Source of the DNA: Myxococcota bacterium
GTDB lineage: Bacteria > Myxococcota_A > UBA796 > UBA2385
Assembly: GCA_044344255.1 (NCBI GenBank)
Contig: JBIJDH010000002.1
Span: 352,001-416,000, forward strand
DNA: 64,000 bases
Reading direction: 5' to 3'
The position numbers and the translations under genes are program-made. Positions 1 through 8,857 of this stretch are shown here, piece by piece (positions within the stretch are counted from its first letter, which is position 1; each line of letters opens with the position of its first letter). The notes below the pieces were generated by a model. It did no database searches. It saw only the letters and a list, made by a program, of their open reading frames with translations, and was not told where the DNA came from.

Positions 1-142
1 GGGCCACCGTCGAGAGAGCCTGGGCTTCCGGTTGTTCCGCTCCTGGCCGGAGCGGTCAGGGGCCCCGGAGGACCCTCTTCGCTGTTGACAGCTCGGCGAC
101 GCGCGGCACCATAGATGGGGCACCCACGGACAGGGAGCGCGC

Positions 143-706
143 GTGTATCGATCAGGACTCACCCTCGACGGGCCCGGGCGGCGTCTGCTCGAGGGGCTGC
201 TCTTCGGGGCGCTCACCCTTGAGGGCGTCGGCTGCGTCGGCATGGGCCGGCTCGACACCGACGCGCCCTACCCCGAGAGCACCAACGTGGAGCTGGGCGA
301 CGACGGGGGCGGTCCGGGGGATGGGGCCGATGGAGGCGCAGACGAAGGGGGAGGTGACAGCGCTGGGGACTCCGGCGCGGTCGGCGAATCCGTCATGGAC
401 CTCGACGTCGACGTCGACGCCGTCTGCGGGGAGGCGACCGAGCCGGCGCTCGCCTGCGCTTGGGACGGCGCGGCCTTACGCTGCGAGCAGGTGGGCGTCG
501 AGGCCCTCGCCTGCGGCACCTGGAGCGCGGAGGCCTCCATCTCCACCGACGCGGGCACCATCGCGGTCACCTATGAGCAGAGCGTCAGCGACACCGGCTG
601 TGACTCCGTCTGTGACTGGACCTTGCAGTGGGCGATCAACGAGCTCGCCCAACAGCCCTGGACGGTGAGCGCGGGCGGCCTCGAGACCACGGTCGCCGCC
701 CCCTGA
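143..706 (+). CDS. hypothetical secreted/lipoprotein with Gly/Asp-rich linker and Cys-paired C-terminal domain
   Basis: ORF with GGGAG upstream of GTG; hydrophobic N-terminus ending VGC; low-complexity GDDGGG/GDSAGDSG linker; six Cys in the C-terminal part. Confidence 0.6.
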   Translation: MYRSGLTLDGPGRRLLEGLLFGALTLEGVGCVGMGRLDTDAPYPESTNVELGDDGGGPGDGADGGADEGGGDSAGDSGAVGESVMDLDVDVDAVCGEATEPALACAWDGAALRCEQVGVEALACGTWSAEASISTDAGTIAVTYEQSVSDTGCDSVCDWTLQWAINELAQQPWTVSAGGLETTVAAP

Positions 707-739
707 TCGATGCCCGTCGGGGATCGCGGCGCGGCGCGC

Positions 740-1660
740 CTACCGCACCGCGTTGAGGGCGGCCTCGGTGAGCAGGCCGTGGCGCACGCCCCCGTCGCTC
801 ACCCGCACGCTGTCCTTGTGGACGGCGGTGACGATGGCCTCGATCACGCAGGCGCCGGCGAGCAAGAAATCGGCCCGCTCTGGGCTCACGGCCGACATCT
901 GGCGGCGCTCCTCGGGGCCGGCGCCGAGCAGGGCGTCGATGTGGCGGCGCAGGGCGGCGCGGGTCAGCCGGAAGCCGTGCACCTTGGCGCGGTCATAGGT
1001 GGTCAGCCGCAGCTCCATCGCGGCGAGGCTGGTGGCCGTGCCGGCGACCGCGACGAGGGAGCGCGGCAACACGGGCCACTGCAAGGTCGCCACCTGGTCC
1101 GAGACGAGCTGCCGGAGCTGGGCCAGCTTCTCCGGCCGGTAGCGGTCGATCGTCGTGCCGAAGAAGCGCTCGGTGAGGCGCACGGTGCCGAGCTCGAGCG
1201 AGCTCCGCATGCCGATGTGATCTCCCTCTCCGAGCACCACCTCGGTGCTGCCGCCGCCGAGATCGATGACCGCCACGGGCCCCTCCGCGAGCTGCAGGCC
1301 GCCGAGGGCGCCGAGCCAGGTGAGCTGGGCCTCTTCGACCCCCTCGACCACCCGCACGCCGAGGCCGGTCTGCTCGCGCACCCGCTCGAAGAAGGTGCCG
1401 GCGTTGAGGGCGCGGCGGGCGGCGCTGGTGGCGACGGCGTGCACCGCGGTGGGGTGGACGCCGTAGCGGGTGGCCGTGGCGGCGAAGTCGGCGAGCACGG
1501 CCTGGGCGTCAGCCATGCGGTCGGGGCGGAAGAGCCCGCGGTCGCCGAGGCCCTTGCCGAGGCCCACCACGCGGACCTCGTCGTGCAGGACCCTCCCCTC
1601 CTCGTCGATGATGAGGAGGAGGAGGCTGTTGCTGCCGATGTCGATGGAGGCGCGGTTCAC
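740..1660 (-). CDS. ppx: Ppx/GppA family exopolyphosphatase / pppGpp phosphohydrolase
   Basis: Motifs ASIDIGSNS, ATSAARRALN, EEAQLT, IDLGGGSTE, GGVRHG; start placed at GTG 1660 (ORF track extends to 1705 through a repeat). Confidence 0.9.
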   Translation of the reverse strand: MNRASIDIGSNSLLLLIIDEEGRVLHDEVRVVGLGKGLGDRGLFRPDRMADAQAVLADFAATATRYGVHPTAVHAVATSAARRALNAGTFFERVREQTGLGVRVVEGVEEAQLTWLGALGGLQLAEGPVAVIDLGGGSTEVVLGEGDHIGMRSSLELGTVRLTERFFGTTIDRYRPEKLAQLRQLVSDQVATLQWPVLPRSLVAVAGTATSLAAMELRLTTYDRAKVHGFRLTRAALRRHIDALLGAGPEERRQMSAVSPERADFLLAGACVIEAIVTAVHKDSVRVSDGGVRHGLLTEAALNAVR

Positions 1661-1675
1661 GGTGACGTCCGGGGA

Positions 1676-1728
1676 TACCAGGGCAGGGCTACCAGGGCAG
1701 GGCACCAGGGCAATGAGCTACCAGGGCA
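1676..1728. repeat. four imperfect tandem copies of (T)ACCAGGGCA; one copy is the last codons and stop of tolB
   Basis: taccagggca-gggc-taccagggca-gggc-accagggca-atgagc-taccagggca read directly. Confidence 0.85.
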
Positions 1729-3091
1729 AGGAGGGGGACCAGGCGGGGTTCGAGTAACCGCCCCCGCCTTGGGTGAGCTGCACCTGATGCGCGCCGTCCG
1801 CCGTGCTCAGCCAGATGTGGCCGCCGCCTGCGCGGGTGGAGGAGAAGGCGATGTAGTAGCCGTCGGGGCTGAAGGAGGGGTCTTCGTTGTCGCCCTGCCC
1901 CTGGGTGATGCGGGTGAGGCCGCTGCCGTCGAGGCGGACGGTGAAGATGTCAAAGTTGCCCTCTCGGCTCACGAAGACCAGGGAGCGGCCGTCGGGCGAC
2001 CAGCTCGGATCGGTGTTCTGGCTGCCTTGGAAGGTGACCCGCCGGGGATCGGAGCCGTCGGCGTTGGCGACGTAGATGTGGGCCCCCCCCGAACGGTCAC
2101 TCACGAAGGCGATCTTCGAGCCATCGGGCGAGTACGACGGGGAGACGTCGATGCCGCTCGCCTTGGTGAGGCGGGCGAGCTCGGCGCCGGAGTTGGCGTC
2201 GATCGCGTAGATGTCAGGATCTCCGCCCGGGGAGAGCGTGAGCGCGATGCGGCCGCCGCCCGGCGCCCAGGTGGCCCCGGTGTTGATGCCGGAGCGCGAC
2301 GATAGGCGAGTGATGCGCCCCTTGCCGAGGTCGGCGACGTAGAGGTCAGGGTTGCCAGAGAGGTAGGAGGTAAACGCGATACGACCGGCGCCCGGATCCC
2401 AAGAGGGCTGGAGGTTGATCGAGCCGTTCTTCGTGACCGGGCTCAGGCCGTGGCCGTCGAAGTCGACCGTGTAGATCTCCTTGTTGCCGTTCTTGCCGAA
2501 CTTACCGACGACCGCGAAGCGGGTGTTGAAGGGCCCCTGCTTGCCGGTGACCGCGAGGATGATCTCGTTGGCGACCTTGTGGGCGAGGGTGCGCACCTTG
2601 GTCACATCGGCGGTGAAGGCCTTGGCGTCAAGCTTCTCGCGGCCCGGCACCGCGTAGACCCAGGCCTCGGCCCGCAGCTTGCCGCCGCTCATCGAGAGGC
2701 TCGTCTTGGCCAGCACGGTGGTGCCGATGACGTCCCAGTCCTCGAAGCGAAACTGCCCGAGCTGGATGCCGGTGCCCGCAGGCTCGACGTAGCCGGCGGG
2801 ATCGACGATGTTGAACCAACCGGAGAGGTTGAGGTCGCGCGTGAGGACCTCGTAGAACTCCTTGGCCTCTGCGCTCCCGCCGGTGGGCTTGGGCAGGCCG
2901 ATCGTCATCTTGGTCGCCCCGGGCGAGGGCGCCACGGTGAAGCCAAGCCGAGGCTCGGGGGGCGCGTCCTGCGCGAGGCCGCGGGGCGAGAGCAGCAAGG
3001 CGGCGACCAGGGCCGCGGTGACGGAGCCCAGGGCGCGCTGCGCGATGAACCGGCGGGCGGAGGGGGTGCGGGAGGTGCGTGTGGCGTTCAC
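1718..3091 (-). CDS. tolB: Tol-Pal system beta-propeller protein TolB
   Basis: Signal peptide, TolB N-domain (AHKVANEI...TG), repeated PD40 motifs (PSWSPDG, PSYSPDG, PSFSPDG); follows tolQ-tolR-tolA. Confidence 0.92.
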   Translation of the reverse strand: MNATRTSRTPSARRFIAQRALGSVTAALVAALLLSPRGLAQDAPPEPRLGFTVAPSPGATKMTIGLPKPTGGSAEAKEFYEVLTRDLNLSGWFNIVDPAGYVEPAGTGIQLGQFRFEDWDVIGTTVLAKTSLSMSGGKLRAEAWVYAVPGREKLDAKAFTADVTKVRTLAHKVANEIILAVTGKQGPFNTRFAVVGKFGKNGNKEIYTVDFDGHGLSPVTKNGSINLQPSWDPGAGRIAFTSYLSGNPDLYVADLGKGRITRLSSRSGINTGATWAPGGGRIALTLSPGGDPDIYAIDANSGAELARLTKASGIDVSPSYSPDGSKIAFVSDRSGGAHIYVANADGSDPRRVTFQGSQNTDPSWSPDGRSLVFVSREGNFDIFTVRLDGSGLTRITQGQGDNEDPSFSPDGYYIAFSSTRAGGGHIWLSTADGAHQVQLTQGGGGYSNPAWSPSLPW

Positions 3092-3942
3092 AGCTTGTCC
3101 TTGGCGACGAATTCGATCTGGACGCCGTTCTGGGCGGCAGCCCTGTACTTCGCGGGCGGAGGCGGGAAGCGCCCGGTCTTGCTGATCGCCAGGGCGGCGG
3201 AGCGGTCAAAGGTGGCGTCCCCCGTCCCCTTCAACACCTTGGGCTGCCCGAGCGTGCCGTCGGCCTCCACCTCCACCATCACGACCACCTTGTAGTTGGG
3301 GTGCGCGCTCACCGTGCTCGGCAGCGGCGTCCAATTGGGCAACAAGGCGGCCTTGCATGCGGCGTAGTACCGGGCGAGCTCGGGATCGGTGGGGCCGACG
3401 CCGGCGAAGTCGAGGATGGCGTCTTTCGGGTCAACGCCGTTGGGGTCGGTGCGGGGGCTGTTGCGGTCGCCTTCGGGGGTGCCCATGTCGCGCAGGCCGG
3501 TGAGCAGGGCCTGTTTGCGGGCGGCGTCGAGGGCCTTCTTCTTGTCGTCCTCGCGCTTCTTCTCGGCGGCCTTGTCGACCTTCTCCACCTTCTCGACCTT
3601 CTTGTCCTTCTTCGGGTCGGGGAGCGCCATCTCGGCGGGCTCCGGGGGCGGCGCGGGCGGCTCGGGGCTGGGCTCTGCCTCGGGGGCGGCGGGGACAGGG
3701 TCGGGCTCGACGGGCTCCGGGGTGTGCATCACCTTGTCGGGCAGGTTGGAGGTGGGCTTCGGCAGCGCCACCGCCGAGATCTGCATCACCTGATCGGGAT
3801 CGATCAGCGGCTTTGGATCGTGTCCGAAGAGGAGCTCCCCTGCGATCAGCACCACGGCCAAGCCGACGTGGGCCGCCAGGGAGACGACGATCTCCCAGGA
3901 GGGCGCGCGCCGAGCGCTGCCGAGGGCGGAGGGGCCGTTCAT
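3088..3942 (-). CDS. tolA: TolA/TonB family energy transducer
   Basis: N-terminal TM with SxxxH (SLAAHV), Pro-rich then Lys-rich linker, TonB_C-like end (GDATFDRSAALAI...FPPPP); operon position. Confidence 0.85.
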   Translation of the reverse strand: MNGPSALGSARRAPSWEIVVSLAAHVGLAVVLIAGELLFGHDPKPLIDPDQVMQISAVALPKPTSNLPDKVMHTPEPVEPDPVPAAPEAEPSPEPPAPPPEPAEMALPDPKKDKKVEKVEKVDKAAEKKREDDKKKALDAARKQALLTGLRDMGTPEGDRNSPRTDPNGVDPKDAILDFAGVGPTDPELARYYAACKAALLPNWTPLPSTVSAHPNYKVVVMVEVEADGTLGQPKVLKGTGDATFDRSAALAISKTGRFPPPPAKYRAAAQNGVQIEFVAKDKL

Positions 3943-3944
3943 GG

Positions 3945-4364
3945 TCAGTCCGCGGCCCCGGGCTCTGTCACCATCCCCATCTTCTGGATGCCCACCTTCG
4001 TACAGAGGGCCATCAGCCGCGCCACCTTCTCGTAGGCGACGGCGCCGTCGGCCTTGAGGAAGATCTGCTGGTCGGGCTTGTTCTCCTTCATCACGCGCAG
4101 GCGGGGCTCGAGCTCGGCGAACTGGAGCTCGTTCTCGTTGATGTAGTACCGCCCATCCTCCGTGATGCTCAACACCACGAGCTCGTCGGGGACGTCCATC
4201 GTGGGGGCGTCGGTGCGCGGGAGGTTCACGTTCATGCCCATCGTCATCATGGGCGTGGTGACCATGAAGATGATGAGCAAGACCAGCATCACGTCCACGA
4301 AGGGCGTGACGTTGATCTCGGCCATCATGCCGCTCTCGTCACCTTCTCCGCTGCTCATTCCCAT
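3945..4364 (-). CDS. tolR: TolR/ExbD biopolymer transporter
   Basis: EINVTPFVDVMLVLLIIFMVT signature; LKAD..V.Y motif. Confidence 0.93.
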   Translation of the reverse strand: MGMSSGEGDESGMMAEINVTPFVDVMLVLLIIFMVTTPMMTMGMNVNLPRTDAPTMDVPDELVVLSITEDGRYYINENELQFAELEPRLRVMKENKPDQQIFLKADGAVAYEKVARLMALCTKVGIQKMGMVTEPGAAD

Positions 4365-4376
4365 GGCACACCCCGT

Positions 4377-5111
4377 CTATCGGTTCACGAAGTGCCGCTT
4401 GATGATGTTGAGGAAGTCGTCGGAGAAGGTGTCCATCTCGTTGGTGATGACGCGGATCTGCCGATTGAAATAGTTGAAGGCCATGACCGCCGGGATGGCC
4501 GCCGCGAGGCCGACCGCCGTGGCGATGAGGGCGTGGCTGATGTCCCCGCCCACCGTCTGGATCGTGGCCTGCCCGGTGACGTCGATCTTCTGGAAGGCCC
4601 GGAGGATGCCCCAGACCGTGCCGAAGAGGCCGATGAAGGGGCCGGTAGAGCCCGTGGTGGCCAGGAAGGACATCATGCGCTCGAGCTCGGTGCGCTCGGT
4701 GATGCGGGCGCGGCGCAGGGCACGCTCGAGGTTGTCCTCGTTGGTGAGCGCGATGCCGCCCACGCCGCCGTCGTTCGTCTGGCTCGTGAGGTGGGTGAGC
4801 TCGTGGTAGCCGACCTTGAAGACCTGGGCGACAGGGCTGCCCTGGTAGCGCTCGATCTGGTCATAGACCTGGTCGAGGCGCTTGCTCTTCCAGAAGGCGT
4901 CGAGGAAGAGCTGCGAGCGCTGATCGGCCTTCCGGAGCACCGTGATCTTGTTGAGGATGATGACCCAGCACCCCACGGACATCAGCACCAGCACGAGCAG
5001 CACGAACTGCACGATGATGTCGGCCTCGAGGATGAGGCTCAACATGCTGCCGCTCTCCTTGGGCTCGACCTGGCCGATGGTCGCCAGGAAGACCTCGATC
5101 ACTCCGTGCAT
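4377..5111 (-). CDS. tolQ: TolQ (MotA/TolQ/ExbB proton channel)
   Basis: LATTGSTGPFIGLFGTVWGI and ALIATAVGLAAAIPAV signatures. Confidence 0.93.
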   Translation of the reverse strand: MHGVIEVFLATIGQVEPKESGSMLSLILEADIIVQFVLLVLVLMSVGCWVIILNKITVLRKADQRSQLFLDAFWKSKRLDQVYDQIERYQGSPVAQVFKVGYHELTHLTSQTNDGGVGGIALTNEDNLERALRRARITERTELERMMSFLATTGSTGPFIGLFGTVWGILRAFQKIDVTGQATIQTVGGDISHALIATAVGLAAAIPAVMAFNYFNRQIRVITNEMDTFSDDFLNIIKRHFVNR

Positions 5112-5322
5112 GGACGCTCCAGCCCTCGGGCCCGGTCGCGGGCCCCGCTCTTGTCATGTCAACATACCGACGCACTACTACTCTGTGGGCGTCGGATCGC
5201 CCACCTGCCCCGCCCTCTGGCCCCTCGCTGTCTCCTCGCTGTCTCCCCCAGCGCGGCCGCTGGCCGGATCGGCTCGGAAAATGTTCGAGGCCGAGCCGGG
5301 CAGGCATCCACGGTCGGGGAGC

Positions 5323-6216
5323 TCAGCTCCGGAGGCCGCCGGTGACGCGCTCGCCCGACCAGCCGCTCATCCCGCCGATGACGTTGTGGATGTGCGAGCC
5401 GCCGATGCTCGTCAGGAACTCGCTGGCCAGCGCCGAGCGCCCGCCGGCCTGACAGATGCAGATGATGTGCGTCGTCTGCCCGAGCTCTTGGTACCGATGC
5501 GGCAGCTCATCGACCGGGATGTGCACGGCGCCCGGGGCGTGGTCGGCCTCGAACTCGGAGAGCGTGCGGACGTCGAGCAGGATGTAGGGGGAGTCTGTCT
5601 CGCGGAGCAGCGTCGCGGCCTGGACGGACTCGATGTTCTTGACGATGTCGGCCTTCTGTCCGGGGTTGCGGACCGCGGAGAAGCCTTGTTCATCGGCGGG
5701 TGTCGTGGCGTTGACCTCGGGATCGAGGGAGACGCCCTGCAGGCGGGCGACCTGCTCGAGCACCGTGCGCGCGCTCGGCAAACCCCGCTCCGACCAGGCC
5801 ACCCTGCCGTCCTTGCCGACGATCACGACCTGATTCTTGATGCTCGGCCGCCAGCGGCTCGCGGCGCGAAAGCCACGGGCCTCGACGCCGAGCGGATCGT
5901 AGAGGAGGTAGAACTCGAGGCCGAGGGAGCTACGGAACTCACGCAGCTTGTCGGTGCGGGCCGTGGAGACGCCGAAGAGGGCGGTCTCGAGGTCTTCGAA
6001 GCGCTGGCGTTGTTTCTGGAAGTCCTTGAGCCAGGCGTCCACCGCGTCGTCGGTGAGCGACTTGAAGAAGACCAGGACGACGTTGATGTGGCCCTTGAAG
6101 TCGGGCAGGCGGATCCAGGTGCCTTCGTCGGCGGTGAGGCTCAGGCGGGGGGCCTCTTCGCCCGGCTGCGGCGGGGGCCAGGTGACCAGGGTCTTTACAC
6201 GTTCGACGACGGACAT
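5323..6216 (-). CDS. AhpC/TSA (peroxiredoxin-like, no Cys) domain fused to a rhodanese domain
   Basis: GEEAPRLSL...DFKG..VVLVFF...GVS...LLYD...GKDGRV (Prx fold); LLDVRTLSEF..DHAPGAVHIP...CQAGGRS...GGMSGW (rhodanese); start ATG 6216 with GAGG upstream. Confidence 0.8.
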   Translation of the reverse strand: MSVVERVKTLVTWPPPQPGEEAPRLSLTADEGTWIRLPDFKGHINVVLVFFKSLTDDAVDAWLKDFQKQRQRFEDLETALFGVSTARTDKLREFRSSLGLEFYLLYDPLGVEARGFRAASRWRPSIKNQVVIVGKDGRVAWSERGLPSARTVLEQVARLQGVSLDPEVNATTPADEQGFSAVRNPGQKADIVKNIESVQAATLLRETDSPYILLDVRTLSEFEADHAPGAVHIPVDELPHRYQELGQTTHIICICQAGGRSALASEFLTSIGGSHIHNVIGGMSGWSGERVTGGLRS

Positions 6217-6343
6217 TCCAACCTCAGGCATTCCATCCCCAGGGGCCGCCAGGGTGGGATCCCCTGGGGTGGTGGCCCGCGAGGGCCGGTTGATCCGGGC
6301 CTGTCTACCGCGGTCTCGGGGGCCTCGCACGCCGTCGCCGCGT

Positions 6344-7084
6344 TCAGACTTCGACCGCCTCCTCCACCGGTCCTTCAATGCTGAGCAGGCCCTCGGAGGC
6401 GCGCCGGAAGACCTCCACCATGCGGGCGCCGCGGCGACGGAGGTTTCTCCGGGCGCCGAGCGCGCCCACGCCGGCGCCGACGCCGGGCAGGACGCGGATC
6501 ATCCGCGAGGCGACGGTGACGAGGGCGCGCATCGTCAGCGTGCGACCGAAGGAGGGCTCACCGTCGAAGCGGACCGGCAGGTGTCGATCGAGGACCGCGG
6601 GGAGGTCGCGGACCCGGACCGCCGCCTGCCGCTGCTCGGGGAGCTCGACGTCGAAGGCGAGCGCCAGGGCCCGGGTGAGGAGCAGCCGGCCGGCGTCGCC
6701 CTCGGGGTCGTGACCGTAGAGCACCGCGAGGCGCTGGCTGAGGCGCAGGGTCTGCACGACGGCGGCCACGAGCTCGGGGGGCACGGCGGCGAGCCCCGCC
6801 GCCCCGGCCACCGCCCCCCTCACCGTGGCGGCCCGCGCCGCACGCTCAATGAGGGTCTGGGCGGCGGCGTCGAGCTCGGCCGGGGTGGGGTGGCGGCCGG
6901 TGACGGGATCGCTCCAGAGGACTCCCTGCTCGGTGAGCTCGGCCCGAACGTCGGCCGTGCGGACGGAGGCGGCGGCGTAGAGGGTGGGGAGCAGATCCTC
7001 GTCGACACGGTCCGTCGCGTTCTTCAGGACGAGGTCGAAGAGGTGGCGCCAGGGGGTCTCGGACGGGGTCTCGGGCATGGCCAC
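6344..7084 (-). CDS. EcsC family protein
   Basis: GAVAGAAGLAAVPPEL...LAVLYGHDP...RVLPGVGAGVGA pattern typical of EcsC. Confidence 0.7.
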   Translation of the reverse strand: MAMPETPSETPWRHLFDLVLKNATDRVDEDLLPTLYAAASVRTADVRAELTEQGVLWSDPVTGRHPTPAELDAAAQTLIERAARAATVRGAVAGAAGLAAVPPELVAAVVQTLRLSQRLAVLYGHDPEGDAGRLLLTRALALAFDVELPEQRQAAVRVRDLPAVLDRHLPVRFDGEPSFGRTLTMRALVTVASRMIRVLPGVGAGVGALGARRNLRRRGARMVEVFRRASEGLLSIEGPVEEAVEV

Positions 7085-7135
7085 ATCCTATCCTGTCGAT
7101 CGCCGCGGTCGCCCCGATGGTGATAGGAGGCGCCG

Positions 7136-7411
7136 ATGGATGACCCGAGAGCCCGCTTCGAAGACCTGGTCGAGTTCCCATCGGTGTTCGTGTTCCGCGT
7201 GCTGGCTCACGCGAGCGAAGACCTCCCCGAGCGCTGTGCGGCGGCGGTCTTGGCCGACGTGCACCGTGAGGTCGAGGCCATCGAGGTCAAGCCCTCCGGT
7301 AAGGGGAATTACGTGGCGGTACGAGTGGGCGTCACGGTCGCCTCCGCCGACGAGATCCGCAGCCTCTACACCGCGCTCCACGCCGTGAGCGGCGTACGCA
7401 TGGTGCTCTGA
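7136..7411 (+). CDS. DUF493/YbeD family ACT-like protein
   Basis: LVEFPSVFVFRV...PSGKGNYVAV...LYTALHAVSGVRMVL; AGGAGG RBS. Confidence 0.88.
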   Translation: MDDPRARFEDLVEFPSVFVFRVLAHASEDLPERCAAAVLADVHREVEAIEVKPSGKGNYVAVRVGVTVASADEIRSLYTALHAVSGVRMVL

Positions 7412-7468
7412 AGCGTGCTCTGAAGCGTGCTCTGAAGCGTGCTCTGAAGCGTGCTCTGAAGCGCGCTC
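7403..7468 (+). repeat. perfect 12-bp tandem repeat (GTGCTCTGAAGC)x5 plus a partial copy; first unit contains the DUF493 stop codon
   Basis: Read directly; units start at 7403, 7415, 7427, 7439, 7451. Confidence 0.97.
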
Positions 7469-7511
7469 CCAAGTTAGGGGTTCGCGGCCTCCTTCAGGCG
7501 TGGAGCTCCAG

Positions 7512-8828
7512 ATGCGAACGCGGTACCTCTCCTGGGTCGGTGTCCTCTGCCTCGGCTCGGGGGCGGCCTTCGGGGGGGCGCTCGGTCCCGGCCTGATGCT
7601 GCGCGGCGTGGTCCTCCCGCCCACGGTGATCGAGGGCGTGCGCTCGATCAAGGTGGAGCCCTTCAAGGGTACTGGCGGGGCCGAGATCAGCCGGGAGGCG
7701 GTCGCCGCCTTGAAGGACCCCGAGCGGGTCGTCGGGCGGGCGGCGCGGGCCCAGGCCGCCGATGCGATGGTCGGCGCCGCTGGCCAGATGGCGGGATCGA
7801 TGGTCGCCAGCAAGGTGGGCGGCCTCGGCGGCAAGTTTGTCTCCGGCCTGACGGAGGGGGCGGTGAACCGGGCGGCCGACGAGATCAAGGACCCCGTCCT
7901 CACCCTCGACGATGGCCTCCGCATCGACGTCTTCAAGGTCGTGGAGGGGGCCGCGGACGCCGTCCTCTCGGGATCGGTCACCGTGAAGGACAGCCTCTCG
8001 GACACCAAGAAGAAGGAGGAGGCCAAGGACAGCAAGGGGAACACGATCAAGGACGACAAGGGCCAGACCGTCTACATCGAGATCCCCTGCAAGCGCCGCT
8101 CGGTCACCGCGTCGGTCCATTGGACCCTCCGCGCCAAGGGCGGCGACAACCTCGCCGAAGAGACGGTCGAGCACAGCAACGCCGATGAGCGCTGCGGCCC
8201 CGACATCGGGAAGGTGGCGAGCGCCGAGATCCTCGCTAAGGCCGCGGTGGCCGGGGCGGGTCGGGAGCTCGTGGGGCAGTTCGCCCCCGCCTGGGATCAG
8301 GTGCGGATTGACCTCGACCGGAACAAGGCTCTGTCCGAGTCCCTCAAGCAGGCGCGGAAGGGGGAGGTCTTTCCGGCCCTCTGCGGCGTGCGCAACATGC
8401 TGCACTACACCCCCGACGACACCGACGCGCTCTACATCCTCGGTGGCCTCCACGAGGGGCTCGGCTGGTTCGACGAGGCGAGGGTCCATTACGAGCGGGC
8501 GATCGAGGTCGGGCATCACAAGGGTGCGACGAAGGCCCGGGACCGGGTGGTGGAGCGCCAGCAGGAGATCGCGCGGCTCGAGGCGGCCTATGGGCTGAAG
8601 TGGAAGATCGGCGCCGCGGACTATTCCGCCTGCCCGGAGGTCCCGGAGGGTCGGCCGGTCACCGCCAAGAAGGACGTCAACCTCACCGCGGAGCTCGGCG
8701 GCGGGGACGTCGTCGCCGAGGTCGAGAAGGGCACGCGGCTCTACGTCGTCGCCGAAGAGGGGGGCGCCCTGCAGGTCTCCACCGCCGATGGCGCCCGCGG
8801 CTGGGTGTCGGCCTTGTCGGTGAAGTAG
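7512..8828 (+). CDS. secreted hypothetical protein with a TPR repeat and C-terminal SH3b-like domain
   Basis: Signal peptide; ALYILGGLHEGLGWFDEARVHYERAIE (TPR); VEKGTRLYVV...LQVSTADGARGWVS (SH3b-like); GGAG RBS. Confidence 0.65.
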   Translation: MRTRYLSWVGVLCLGSGAAFGGALGPGLMLRGVVLPPTVIEGVRSIKVEPFKGTGGAEISREAVAALKDPERVVGRAARAQAADAMVGAAGQMAGSMVASKVGGLGGKFVSGLTEGAVNRAADEIKDPVLTLDDGLRIDVFKVVEGAADAVLSGSVTVKDSLSDTKKKEEAKDSKGNTIKDDKGQTVYIEIPCKRRSVTASVHWTLRAKGGDNLAEETVEHSNADERCGPDIGKVASAEILAKAAVAGAGRELVGQFAPAWDQVRIDLDRNKALSESLKQARKGEVFPALCGVRNMLHYTPDDTDALYILGGLHEGLGWFDEARVHYERAIEVGHHKGATKARDRVVERQQEIARLEAAYGLKWKIGAADYSACPEVPEGRPVTAKKDVNLTAELGGGDVVAEVEKGTRLYVVAEEGGALQVSTADGARGWVSALSVK

Positions 8829-8857
8829 CGCTGAGAATTAGCGCCGAGGGGCCCCGC

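Noticed and set aside
85..116. sigma-70 promoter from TTGACA at 85-90
   Set aside because: No acceptable -10 hexamer at 16-18 bp spacing.
7403..7468. Possible CRISPR array
   Set aside because: Contiguous 12-bp units with no spacers and no cas genes; the same applies to the arrays at 63191-63343.
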